Below, one piece after another: positions 8,416-16,785 of a stretch of 35,452 nt of DNA. Made by a program: the position numbers and the translations under genes. This stretch comes from a virus (lineage: Duplodnaviria > Heunggongvirae > Uroviricota > Caudoviricetes). Each line of letters opens with the position of its first letter. Position 1 is the first letter of the stretch. The notes below the pieces were generated by a model. It was given only the letters and a program-made list of their open reading frames with translations, ran no database searches and was not told where the DNA came from. The DNA is taken from IMG/VR virus record IMGVR_UViG_2563366975_000004; one strand, 5' to 3'.

Positions 8416-9393
8416 GTGTTCGGGGGTTTTATGAGCAGCAAGCTTCATGGTCTTGTCTGGGAAGGGTGCGCCTTCACCGGCATGATCTTATCCAGGGTGG
8501 CGGTTATGGCCCGTCTTGCAGACTACAGCAATGACGAGGGCGTGTCATGGCCTGCCATTGAAACTATCCGGCGTCAGATCGGTGCAAGAAGTGAATCCAC
8601 AGTGAAATCGGCTATTGCAGAACTGGCGAAAGAGGGCTGGCTGACGAAGGAAGAGCGTAAGGTCGGTGGGCGTAATGTAAGCAATATCTATCGGCTTAAT
8701 GTGGAAAAACTCGAAGCAGCTGCGGCGGCGGCGCGTGAGTCATATAAACCGAAAAGAAAAATTAGCCCGGCAAAAAATGACCCGTTAACAGTTGACCCGT
8801 CAAATATTGACCCCTCAACGGTTGACCCGTCAAATTTTGATGGATCAACTGTTGATAAAAAACTGCCGATTAGGGGGCCGATGATTGACCCCGATCCGTC
8901 AGTATTAAAACCTGATCCGTCAGATAAAAGATCTTCTTGTCCGGACGCTTCGCAACCGGACCCGCAGACGGCTGAACAGGATTTTTTAACCCGACACCCT
9001 GACGCGGTTGTGTTCAGTGCGAAAAAACGCCAGTGGGGAAGTCAGGAAGATTTGGTGTGCGCACAGTGGATCTGGGGACGAATCGTGAGTCTTTACGAGC
9101 AGGCGGCCAGCTATGATGGCGAGATCACTAGACCGAAAGAACCCAACTGGACAGCATGGGCCAATGACGTTCGCACAATGCGGATGCTGGATGGCAGAAC
9201 TCACAGACAAATTTGTGAAATGTTTGGGCGTCTCCAGCGGGATTCGTTCTGGGTAAAAAACATCATGAGTCCGGCAAAACTCCGGGAAAAATGGGATGAA
9301 CTGGTTATCCGCCTGGGGCGTTCGCCTGCGCAGCGTTGCGTGAATCACATTTCTGAACCGGACACTGAAATTCCGCCGGGCTTCAGGGGGTAA
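8416..9393 (+). CDS. Replication initiation protein (O-like) with N-terminal winged-helix domain (325 aa)
   Basis: Position after cro/cII analogues; N-terminal wHTH-like region; internal direct DNA repeats (iterons) encoding DPxTVDPSN repeats. Confidence 0.6.
   Translation: MFGGFMSSKLHGLVWEGCAFTGMILSRVAVMARLADYSNDEGVSWPAIETIRRQIGARSESTVKSAIAELAKEGWLTKEERKVGGRNVSNIYRLNVEKLEAAAAAARESYKPKRKISPAKNDPLTVDPSNIDPSTVDPSNFDGSTVDKKLPIRGPMIDPDPSVLKPDPSDKRSSCPDASQPDPQTAEQDFLTRHPDAVVFSAKKRQWGSQEDLVCAQWIWGRIVSLYEQAASYDGEITRPKEPNWTAWANDVRTMRMLDGRTHRQICEMFGRLQRDSFWVKNIMSPAKLREKWDELVIRLGRSPAQRCVNHISEPDTEIPPGFRG
8777..8852. repeat. Putative origin iterons: about 5 direct repeats of TGACCCGTCAA at roughly 15-bp periodicity
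   Basis: tgacccgtt / tgacccgtc / tgacccctc / tgacccgtc / tgatggatc at 8779, 8793, 8808, 8823, 8838, followed by A-rich tracts; inside the replication gene as in lambda O. Confidence 0.5.
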
Positions 9394-9433
9394 GTGTTAA
9401 TTTCTGGTCATGAGGTAATTTTCAGGAGGGCTT

Positions 9434-9856
9434 GTGGCAAAAGTTTTTACACAAGAAGAGCGGGAAAAAATTAAAGGGCTGATCGTGGAATTCGTACGCC
9501 TTAACGGACGAGGCACGATTCGGCAGTTATCGGATGAAATTGGTGTCAGTCATGCGTCTGTCGGTCGTTTATGCATGGAGCTGGCCGCCAGTGGTGATGT
9601 TTACAATTCCGGTTACGGAGTATTCCCGTCTGAGCAGGCGCGCAAGGACTGGCAAAACGCCCGCAAAAAACTCTCAAGGGCAAAGCTGAAGAAACCATCT
9701 GTGGTTGATCCGGACCTTATCTGGCTATTACCAGACGGCGAAATACGCCGCTACGACAGGCGTCAGAACATAATCTGTCGCGAGTGCCGGAAGAGCGAAG
9801 TTATGCAGCGCATATTGTCGTTTTATCAGGGTAATTTTCAGGAGGTAGCGCAGTGA
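9434..9856 (+). CDS. Hypothetical protein with HTH-like N-terminus (140 aa, GTG start)
   Basis: AGGAGGG RBS before GTG; segment IRQLSDEIGVSHASVGRL resembles an HTH. Confidence 0.45.
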   Translation: MAKVFTQEEREKIKGLIVEFVRLNGRGTIRQLSDEIGVSHASVGRLCMELAASGDVYNSGYGVFPSEQARKDWQNARKKLSRAKLKKPSVVDPDLIWLLPDGEIRRYDRRQNIICRECRKSEVMQRILSFYQGNFQEVAQ

Positions 9857-10347
9857 GTGCACCGGCAACCATTCTTGATATGTGCTGTGGCAGCCGCATG
9901 TTCTGGTTCGATAAGAATGACGACCGGGCGATATTTAGCGATATCAGAAAGGAAGAGCACACATTATGTGATGGACGAAGACTGATAATTAGCCCTGACC
10001 TGATAGCAGATTTTCGTGCATTACCATTTGCAGACGCATCGTTTCCGGTTGTTGTATTCGACCCTCCGCATCTTGAGCGTGTTGGTGATAACGCCTGGAT
10101 GGGAAAGAAATATGGACGGCTGAATAAAGATACCTGGCGTGATGATTTGCGGCAGGGATTTAAAGAAGCCTTTCGTGTGTTGCGGCCATACAGCGTTCTG
10201 ATTTTTAAATGGAATGAAACGCAAATACCTGTTCGCCAGATATTGGCACTGACCGACAGAAAGCCTGTTATCGGTCAACGAACAGGAAAGGGTGACAAGA
10301 CCCACTGGATTATTTTTATGAAGGAGGCGACCAGTGAGCAAGATTGA
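9853..10347 (+). CDS. Small phage DNA N6-adenine methyltransferase, Dam-like (164 aa)
   Basis: SAM-binding-like DMCCGS motif and catalytic-like VVFDPPH (DPPY-type) motif; size typical of small phage Dam proteins. Confidence 0.6.
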   Translation: MSAPATILDMCCGSRMFWFDKNDDRAIFSDIRKEEHTLCDGRRLIISPDLIADFRALPFADASFPVVVFDPPHLERVGDNAWMGKKYGRLNKDTWRDDLRQGFKEAFRVLRPYSVLIFKWNETQIPVRQILALTDRKPVIGQRTGKGDKTHWIIFMKEATSEQD

Positions 10348-10519
10348 CTATCAGGCACTGCGCGAGGCGGCGGAACAGGCAACGCAAGATGAATGGGTAG
10401 CATATATTTTGCCGGGTCATAACGGCATTTATCCTGCGCGCACGTCTGAGGGTAGGCATTGTGCGGATACTTTATTGACTGGCCTGGCGTCTGTCAGGGG
10501 CGGGAGAGCATCAACATGA
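10334..10519 (+). CDS. Ea22-like N-terminal module, short ORF (61 aa)
   Basis: Starts MSKIDYQALREAAEQA, the same N-terminal module as the Ea22-like gene at 10956; short, possibly a truncated mosaic remnant. Confidence 0.35.
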   Translation: MSKIDYQALREAAEQATQDEWVAYILPGHNGIYPARTSEGRHCADTLLTGLASVRGGRAST

Positions 10520-10959
10520 GCATCAGAACCTACGCAGTGAATTGCAATGACGCATGGCTAAACACCGAAGGTGATGACATCTCCGGCTCATACGTTAAGT
10601 ACAAAGACCATCAGGAAGTGGTTGCCGCTCTTGAGGCCAAGTGCGCGGCGCTGGCGGCGGAGAATGCGGTAATAAAGTCTGCAATTCCAGAACCACGGGA
10701 TATTGAGGACGACAATGACAATATGGATGACGTATCTCTTGCTGAAGATTTCGGGTTCAATCATGCAATAGAACTGATGAGGAGACGGATTCCTGAAACT
10801 CCGGCCACCGATGCTTTCCTGGCTGAAGTACGGGCGCAGGGCGTGGATACAGCTATCGAGCACCTGCATAAGAAGTTTAAAGGAACTGTGCTTGTTGGCG
10901 TCCCGGTAATGGCGTTGGAGTATTTAGCCGCAGAGCTTCGCAAAGGAGGCAACCAGTGA
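10516..10959 (+). CDS. Hypothetical protein (147 aa from internal ATG)
   Basis: ATG at 10516 overlaps preceding stop; acidic central region; stop overlaps start of next gene. Confidence 0.45.
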   Translation: MSIRTYAVNCNDAWLNTEGDDISGSYVKYKDHQEVVAALEAKCAALAAENAVIKSAIPEPRDIEDDNDNMDDVSLAEDFGFNHAIELMRRRIPETPATDAFLAEVRAQGVDTAIEHLHKKFKGTVLVGVPVMALEYLAAELRKGGNQ

Positions 10960-11705
10960 GCGAAATTAATTACCAGGCACTGCGTGAGGCAGCAGAACGT
11001 GCAATTCCAGCAATGGAACGCCTGTTAATGTTGCCAACTGATGATGATTTGTTAAGTGAACAGGAACTTAAAGATTACGGTGTGGATATTGATGCGCTCA
11101 ATGCCTTCAAATTTCTGACCGGACCAGAAACCGTGCTGGCACTACTGGATGAACGGGAAAGGAACCAGCAATACATCAAACGCCGCGACCAGGAGAACGA
11201 GGATATTGCGCTAACGGTAGGGAAGCTGAGAGTTGAGCTTGAGGAAGTAAAACAACACGCTGAAGAATTATCCGAAACCAAGGCTGTTCGTAACCAATGG
11301 CGGCCAGATATTTGCCCAATAACCGGACGTGCATTTTTCATGTGGATTGAGCATCCAACATTGGGGAATGTGCCGACATATGGTGGCCCATTAGATAGTT
11401 ACACCATTCCAACAAAGGACGGTGACGGTGAGTTTTCATGTGAGCGTTACGATCATGATTTTGGCGGTTGGGTAGAAAGCGAATGTCTTGGGTTATATCT
11501 GATTGATGATAGAGAACAATGCAGGGTCTACGAACTGGAGGAACGCGTTAAGGAACTGGATGCTCGGGAAATATCGCTCCCGGAACGTAGCAGCATGCTT
11601 CATCGAACAGATTTTCACGATGATTACCAAACGGTAATGGCATACAAAGTTTCTGAAGTCATCGCTGCAATCCGCGCCGCTGGCATTCGCATCAAAGGAG
11701 AGTGA
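10956..11705 (+). CDS. ead/Ea22-like protein (249 aa)
   Basis: N-terminal MSEINYQALREAAERA module and overall organisation recalled from Ea22-like prophage proteins. Confidence 0.6.
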   Translation: MSEINYQALREAAERAIPAMERLLMLPTDDDLLSEQELKDYGVDIDALNAFKFLTGPETVLALLDERERNQQYIKRRDQENEDIALTVGKLRVELEEVKQHAEELSETKAVRNQWRPDICPITGRAFFMWIEHPTLGNVPTYGGPLDSYTIPTKDGDGEFSCERYDHDFGGWVESECLGLYLIDDREQCRVYELEERVKELDAREISLPERSSMLHRTDFHDDYQTVMAYKVSEVIAAIRAAGIRIKGE

Positions 11706-11706
11706 T

Positions 11707-12222
11707 ATGGCGTTAACACACCGCGAACTCTGTCAGATTGCGTACAAGTTCCTTAAGCGCAACGGGTTCAAGGTTTGCTTTCATGACCGCTTTGTTGCTG
11801 TAACCAGTACCGGAGAACAGCCAGATGCTATGGGATTCAGAAATTCAGCATCATGCCTGATAGAGGCGAAGTGTTCTCGTGCTGACTTGTTGGCAGATAG
11901 AAAAAAGCGTTTCCGTAAAAATCCCTCACTTGGCATGGGCGACTGGCGATTCTTTATTAGTGAGCCGGAAATTATTTCAGTTGAGGATTTACCTCCCGGC
12001 TGGGGATTACTTCACGTTGTTAACGGAAGAGTACGGAAAGTACATGGATGGCCCAGGGGTAATTGCTGTTGGGGTAATCCTGACGATAAGCCATTTACTG
12101 GGAATAAGCAGGTTGAATGCGATTACATGTTATCTGCATTAAGGCGCATGGAGTTGAGAGGGCACCTTAATGAAATATATGACGGTGTGATTGTTAATAA
12201 GAAAGAAGGAAACGCGGCATGA
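11707..12222 (+). CDS. Hypothetical protein, possible PD-(D/E)xK nuclease fold (171 aa)
   Basis: D...IEAK-containing segment (DAMGF...CLIEAKCS) compatible with a PD-(D/E)xK core; weak assignment. Confidence 0.4.
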   Translation: MALTHRELCQIAYKFLKRNGFKVCFHDRFVAVTSTGEQPDAMGFRNSASCLIEAKCSRADLLADRKKRFRKNPSLGMGDWRFFISEPEIISVEDLPPGWGLLHVVNGRVRKVHGWPRGNCCWGNPDDKPFTGNKQVECDYMLSALRRMELRGHLNEIYDGVIVNKKEGNAA

Positions 12223-12626
12223 TCACTATTACCAAAGGGCGACTGCTGACAATCAAGCAGTGGCGCGAAACATACGGACCGGGTAGCAACGTTGTACTGC
12301 CAGCAGAAGAAGCGGAAGAACTGGCACGAATTGCACTGGTATCGCTGGAAGCAGAGCCGGTGGCAAAGATTATAGCTCATTACCCATTAGGAGTTGACGT
12401 AGGCAAACAAAAGTTCGTACAGGCCATTGGAGAGCTTCCTGACTTTGGCGGATATCTATTTGCCGCCCCTCCAGCGCCGATAGTGCCGGAAGAAGCAACT
12501 CCGGAAAACGTAGAAATGCTCTCTGGCTATGTTTCCACGTACAAATTAACCGATAGCGAGCGCGATATTGCTGCCGAAATATGGAACGCCTGCCGCGCCG
12601 CTATGCTTCATGGGAAAGGAGAGTGA
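12219..12626 (+). CDS. Hypothetical protein (135 aa)
   Basis: ORF translationally coupled to upstream gene; starts MITITKGR, a module repeated at 12902. Confidence 0.45.
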   Translation: MITITKGRLLTIKQWRETYGPGSNVVLPAEEAEELARIALVSLEAEPVAKIIAHYPLGVDVGKQKFVQAIGELPDFGGYLFAAPPAPIVPEEATPENVEMLSGYVSTYKLTDSERDIAAEIWNACRAAMLHGKGE

Positions 12627-12627
12627 T

Positions 12628-12891
12628 ATGGCAACTTTAACAAAAAAAGAACGGGCATGGTTGAACGAATTACAGGACGTTCTTGATCGCTGCCCATCAC
12701 CGAAAAAAATTGGTTTTTACACCATTGGCGATAAAAGCATTTACCTGTATGACCTGCGCCGCATGGATGAAATCATGGAGGCTCTTGATAATCGTTCGTC
12801 GATGGATTGGTGTGTTGCTGTTCATGATATGAATGCAGGGTTTGATGAAAAGATTTTGTTCCCCTCATCAGTTGAAAGCACTGCGGGTTAA
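12628..12891 (+). CDS. Hypothetical protein (87 aa)
   Basis: ATG preceded by AAGGAGAG RBS. Confidence 0.45.
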   Translation: MATLTKKERAWLNELQDVLDRCPSPKKIGFYTIGDKSIYLYDLRRMDEIMEALDNRSSMDWCVAVHDMNAGFDEKILFPSSVESTAG

Positions 12892-12901
12892 GGAGTAACA
12901 C

Positions 12902-13045
12902 ATGACCACTATTACCAAAGAACGTATTGAATTGTTCATTAAATTTTCAGGAGGCGGTACTGTGAGTGAAATTAGCTATCAGGCTTCAATTACCGCTGGC
13001 ATTCGCATCAAAGGAGAGGAGCATGGAAATAAAACCAGAGGATGA
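12902..13045 (+). pseudogene. Chimeric remnant ORF (47 aa) fusing MTTITK, SEISYQ and AGIRIKGE modules
   Basis: Contains gtgagtgaaattagctatcag (Ea22-type start) joined to gctggcattcgcatcaaaggagag, which also ends the Ea22-like gene near 11680; looks like a deletion/recombination scar. Confidence 0.35.
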
Positions 13046-13379
13046 GTTAAGCAATATCGTTTTATTTCCGGTAAAAGAGGATGACCCTCGTAATCAGGTT
13101 AATTTTCTTTATGAGCCATCGGAAAGACCATATTGTCATCACGCCTCTGTCCGGGTTGACGAAAAAGAGCGTCAGGTCCGCTGTAAAATCTGCGGTGCAG
13201 TTGTGGAACCATTTGACTGGATGCTCTCTGTGGCGAAAAGAGAAACCAGACTGGCAGATGATGTAAGGCTATTGCGCCAGGAGGAACAGGAAAGGCGAAA
13301 AAATATAGAAAAGCTAATTCAGATTGAGCGTAACGCGAAAGCGCGGATACGCAGGGCGACAAAATCCAGAACTGAATAA
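13023..13379 (+). CDS. Hypothetical protein with Cys/His cluster and basic coiled-coil C-terminus (118 aa)
   Basis: AAAGGAGAGGAG RBS; CHH...CKIC motif suggests a zinc ribbon. Confidence 0.45.
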   Translation: MEIKPEDELSNIVLFPVKEDDPRNQVNFLYEPSERPYCHHASVRVDEKERQVRCKICGAVVEPFDWMLSVAKRETRLADDVRLLRQEEQERRKNIEKLIQIERNAKARIRRATKSRTE

Positions 13380-13472
13380 TTAAATTTAGCTCTGTTAAAA
13401 ATTTAATCCTTAACCGGAGGGATTTCTGCACCCTCAGAACATCAGGAGGCCGCCCGAAAGGGCGGTAGTTAA

Positions 13473-13655
13473 ATGCGAAAGTTTAAAATAATTATTGAAA
13501 CGGGAATAGCCGGTGGAGATTTCGAGGATGAATTCGAAGTGGATGATGATGCGACGCCTGATGAAATACATGACGAAGCAAAAGATATTTTCTTTAACTA
13601 CTGCAATTACTCATATCACGAAATAAAAGACGAAGAGGAAGAGCAAAATGGCTGA
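13473..13655 (+). CDS. Small highly acidic protein (60 aa)
   Basis: D/E-rich sequence; AGGAGG then a GNRA-loop hairpin immediately before the ATG. Confidence 0.45.
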   Translation: MRKFKIIIETGIAGGDFEDEFEVDDDATPDEIHDEAKDIFFNYCNYSYHEIKDEEEEQNG

Positions 13656-13824
13656 TTTTGGTTCAACTAAATACAACGTCAGTTTTGAAGCATGGCATGA
13701 ACTGTTAATGGACTATGCAGAGTTACGTGGTGGCAGTGCTGCTGATGCTGAAGCATGGCGTGATGATTATGAAGCAGGAAAAACTCCGGTCGAAGCATAT
13801 TGTGATGAGTGGGGCGATGAATGA
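13648..13824 (+). CDS. Small acidic protein (58 aa; not in ORF track)
   Basis: Hand translation MADFGSTKYNVSFEAWHELLMDYAELRGGSAADAEAWRDDYEAGKTPVEAYCDEWGDE; overlaps neighbours at both ends. Confidence 0.4.
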   Translation: MADFGSTKYNVSFEAWHELLMDYAELRGGSAADAEAWRDDYEAGKTPVEAYCDEWGDE

Positions 13825-14137
13825 GCGAGGTTAATTATCAGGAAGGGCATGAAACGGCGGGGCAAGCAAAAACAGTGGCATGGCGATATCGCTACGTGAA
13901 AAAAAAGGCGTTACGGACTTTCAGGGGAAGTAGTGGTCTGGTGACTGGAAATATGTACCGAAAAAAGAGGATTGTAACGACAGGCCGAACTATGAAATTC
14001 AGGCCTTATTCACTGCCCCGCCAGTCCCGGTTACATCAGAAGAACTGGTTAAAGCTGTGCACTTTTATGAACAACTAAAACGCGAAAATCCACCAGCATC
14101 CGGAAACCTGATTACAGATTCCCAGATAAGGCAATGA
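13821..14137 (+). pseudogene. Degraded Ea22/DUF551-like gene with frame disruption
   Basis: Starts MSEVNYQ then becomes K/R-rich nonsense after an A8 homopolymer (about 13897..13904); a protein-like segment WSGDWKYVPKKEDCNDRPNYEIQALF... sits in another frame with no start. Confidence 0.35.
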
Positions 14138-14307
14138 GCTACCTGGCGCAGAACGGGCTGATAAGTATGGGGAATGTTTTACGATGAATATTTAGACTAA
14201 AGAGTTTGTAACGCTATGTAAGTGATTTTTTCTGGTTTAGATATTTATATGTCCGGCCAAATTGAGGTGTGTTTAAATGTAATTGCACATTGATTGTAGG
14301 AGGAATA

Positions 14308-14487
14308 ATGAAAAACGCATTGCAGTTTTTGTTTGTTGCGTTCTGGTTGTTCGTATCATGTATGCCCATCATCTTCACAGCAAGGTATATGGAAAAAGTT
14401 GATGTTTTGATATTAATATTTGGATATATAAATGCCCTTTTTTTAGGGGTGTTCATGGCGGTCATGTGCATTGAATACTGGCGGTAA
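14308..14487 (+). CDS. Small hydrophobic membrane protein (59 aa) in AT-rich island
   Basis: GGAGG 6 nt upstream of ATG; two predicted hydrophobic helices; AT-rich context just upstream of hok locus. Confidence 0.45.
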   Translation: MKNALQFLFVAFWLFVSCMPIIFTARYMEKVDVLILIFGYINALFLGVFMAVMCIEYWR

Positions 14488-14574
14488 ATACAGCGAACGC
14501 CATTGGTTTAGTTGGATATTTACTGTGCCGGACAAAAACGGTTTGCGGGGAAATCTTAGTTAAGTAGAATGACT

Positions 14575-14745
14575 GCGGGTGCTTGAGGCTATCTGTCTCA
14601 GGCATGAACACCAAAAGGCAGATAGAGAAAAGCCCCAGTTAACATTACGCGTCCTGCAAGACGCTTAACATTAATCTGAGGCCATATCTATGCGACACAT
14701 AGAGATTAGCCTCTTACGGACCGAAAGGTCAAGGAGAAGCAGGCT
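14575..14745 (+). promoter_or_regulatory. hok mRNA leader with mok-like upstream reading frame
   Basis: Leader segments gcttgaggctatctgtctcagg and tagcctcttacgg...caaggagaagcaggctATG resemble the recalled R1 hok/sok leader. Confidence 0.45.
14630..14700 (-). ncRNA. Expected Sok-like antisense RNA (position approximate)
   Basis: Inferred from hok/sok locus architecture only; antisense to the mok start region; no independent sequence signature identified. Confidence 0.25.
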
Positions 14746-14901
14746 ATGAAGCAGCAAAAGGCGATGTTAATCGCCCTGATCGTCATCTGTTTAACCGTCA
14801 TAGTGACGGCACTGGTAACGAGGAAAGACCTCTGCGAGGTACGAATCCGAACCGGCCAGACGGAGGTCGCTGTCTTCACAGCTTACGAACCTGAGGAGTA
14901 A
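14746..14901 (+). CDS. hok: Hok/Gef-family type I toxin (51 aa; not in ORF track)
   Basis: MKQQKAMLIALIVICLTVIVTALVTRKDLCEVRIRTGQTEVAVFTAYEPEE closely matches the Hok/Gef consensus as I recall it; AAGGAG RBS. Confidence 0.8.
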   Translation: MKQQKAMLIALIVICLTVIVTALVTRKDLCEVRIRTGQTEVAVFTAYEPEE

Positions 14902-14971
14902 GAGACCCGGCGGGGGAGAAATCCCTCGCCACCGCTGATGTGTCAGGCATCCTCAACGCACCCGCACTTAA

Positions 14972-15000
14972 CCCGCTTCGGCGGGTTTTGTTTTTTCTGG
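14972..15000 (+). terminator. Rho-independent terminator after hok
   Basis: aacccgc-ttcg-gcgggtt hairpin followed by ttgttttttct. Confidence 0.5.
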
Positions 15001-15068
15001 TCGTTCTGGTTTACAATCCATCCGTCAGCCTGAACAACTGGCACCTGCTGCGCCAGCAGAGAAAACAG

Positions 15069-15347
15069 ATGGCGCACGATACCAAATTTTACAATTCGGA
15101 TAACTCTGCCGCCCCTGCCAGCAGGCACGGGCGGCGTTCCCGCACTTTCAAATCTGACTGGTTCCAGCATCCCCCATGCACTGAAGAACAGGCCGAGTGG
15201 CTAATTCAGTGCTACCGCAGACACGGATACGAGATTAAGAAAGCCCTCAGCCTCGATTATCGTCACTGGATAATCTCCGTCAGGCTTCCTTACTCCGAAC
15301 GACCACCGCGTCCGTCCCGCACATTCCAGCAACGCATCTGGAGGTAA
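15069..15347 (+). CDS. Hypothetical protein (about 92 aa from internal ATG)
   Basis: Only the C-terminal part of track ORF 14940..15347 is plausible because its N-terminus runs through the hok terminator; weak RBS. Confidence 0.3.
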   Translation: MAHDTKFYNSDNSAAPASRHGRRSRTFKSDWFQHPPCTEEQAEWLIQCYRRHGYEIKKALSLDYRHWIISVRLPYSERPPRPSRTFQQRIWR

Positions 15348-15348
15348 C

Positions 15349-16404
15349 GTGCGGGTATTACTTCGACCTGTTCTGGTACCGGAACTCGGGCTGGTGATCG
15401 TTAAGCCGGGCCGTGAATCCATGCCGGTATTCCACAATACCCGGGTACTGGTGGAGCCGGAACCGAAAAGCATGCGTAATCTGCCGTCCGGGGTCGTTCC
15501 TGCCGTTCGCCAGCCGCTGGCGGAGGATAAATCATTACTGCCATTTTTCAGCGACGAACGAGTGATTCGTGCTGCTGGTGGCGCTGGCGCATTGTCTGAC
15601 TGGTTACTGCGCCATGTTAAATCCTGCCAGTGGCCACACGGTGATTATCACCACAGTGAAACCGTCATTCACCGTTATGGTACCGGCGCAATGGTGTTGT
15701 GCTGGCACTGCGACAACCAGCTGCGCGACCAGACATCCGAATCACTCGGGCAACTTGCTCACCAAAACCTGTCTGCATGGATGATTGACGTCATACGCCA
15801 TGCAATGAATGGCTCGCAGGAACGGGAATTATCGCTGGCTGAATTATCCTGGTGGGCGGTCCGCAATCAGGTGGCGGACGCGCTACCGGAAGCGGTATTA
15901 CGTCGTTCGCTGGGGTTGCGTGCGGAAAAAATCCGCTCAATGTACCGTGAAAGCGACATCGTACCGGGAGAGCAGACCGCCACCAGCATACTGAAGCAGC
16001 GCACAAAAAATCTTGCGCCGCTGCCTCACGCCCACCAGCAAAACCCGCCACAGGAAAAGACGGTGGTCAGCATTGCCGTTGATCCCGAGTCACCGGCTCA
16101 GTATCTCCAGCGCCAGAAATCACAACGGGAAGAGATGCCTGTATACACGCGCTGGGTAAAAACGCAGAAATGCATGACGTGTGGCAATCAGGCAGATGAT
16201 CCGCATCACATCATTGGTCATGGACTGGGAGGGATGGGAACAAAGGCTGATGATTTGTTTGTTATTCCGCTGTGCCGTAAATGCCATAGCGAACTACACG
16301 CCGGGGTAAAAGATTATGAAGAAAAACACGGCAGCCAGCTGTTGTTGCTGATTCGTTTTTTAATGCACGCGAGAAATTCGGGTGTTCTGAAGTGGAAAGC
16401 ATAA
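15349..16404 (+). CDS. DUF968-type prophage protein with C-terminal HNH-like Cys/His motif (351 aa)
   Basis: C-terminal CMTCGNQADDPHHIIGHG...CRKCHSELH resembles an HNH zinc-binding core; sits between hok and rusA as ydfU-like genes do. Confidence 0.55.
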   Translation: MRVLLRPVLVPELGLVIVKPGRESMPVFHNTRVLVEPEPKSMRNLPSGVVPAVRQPLAEDKSLLPFFSDERVIRAAGGAGALSDWLLRHVKSCQWPHGDYHHSETVIHRYGTGAMVLCWHCDNQLRDQTSESLGQLAHQNLSAWMIDVIRHAMNGSQERELSLAELSWWAVRNQVADALPEAVLRRSLGLRAEKIRSMYRESDIVPGEQTATSILKQRTKNLAPLPHAHQQNPPQEKTVVSIAVDPESPAQYLQRQKSQREEMPVYTRWVKTQKCMTCGNQADDPHHIIGHGLGGMGTKADDLFVIPLCRKCHSELHAGVKDYEEKHGSQLLLLIRFLMHARNSGVLKWKA

Positions 16405-16785
16405 ATGACTGAACGCATAGAATTTGTTTTGCCTTACCCGCCAACGGTGAACACTTACTGGCGTCGTCGTGGCAGCACATATTTTGTATCAAAAGCCGGG
16501 GAGCGTTATCGCCGGGCAGTGGCGCTTATTGTTCGCCAGCAGCGGCTGAAATTAAGCCTGTCCGGAAGGTTGGCAATAAAAATTATTGCAGAACCACCGG
16601 ATAAGCGCCGCCGTGACCTGGACAATATTCTGAAAGCGCCGCTGGATGCGCTGACGCATGCGGGGTTGCTAATGGACGATGAGCAGTTTGATGAAATCAA
16701 TATCGTTCGTGGTCAGCCAGTATCTGGTGGACGTCTGGGGGTGAAGATTTACCCCATAATGCATGAAGAGCAGGTCAAAAAATGA
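16405..16785 (+). CDS. rusA: Holliday-junction resolvase RusA (126 aa)
   Basis: N-terminal FVLPYPPTVNTYW and acidic catalytic region RRRDLDN...D typical of RusA. Confidence 0.85.
   Translation: MTERIEFVLPYPPTVNTYWRRRGSTYFVSKAGERYRRAVALIVRQQRLKLSLSGRLAIKIIAEPPDKRRRDLDNILKAPLDALTHAGLLMDDEQFDEINIVRGQPVSGGRLGVKIYPIMHEEQVKK

Noticed and set aside
14940-15347. 135-aa track ORF as a single gene
   Set aside because: Its N-terminus is translated from the hok terminator hairpin; only the C-terminal portion is retained as a low-confidence CDS. My hand translation near 15300 also did not reconcile perfectly with the track by 1 nt, so coordinates here are uncertain.
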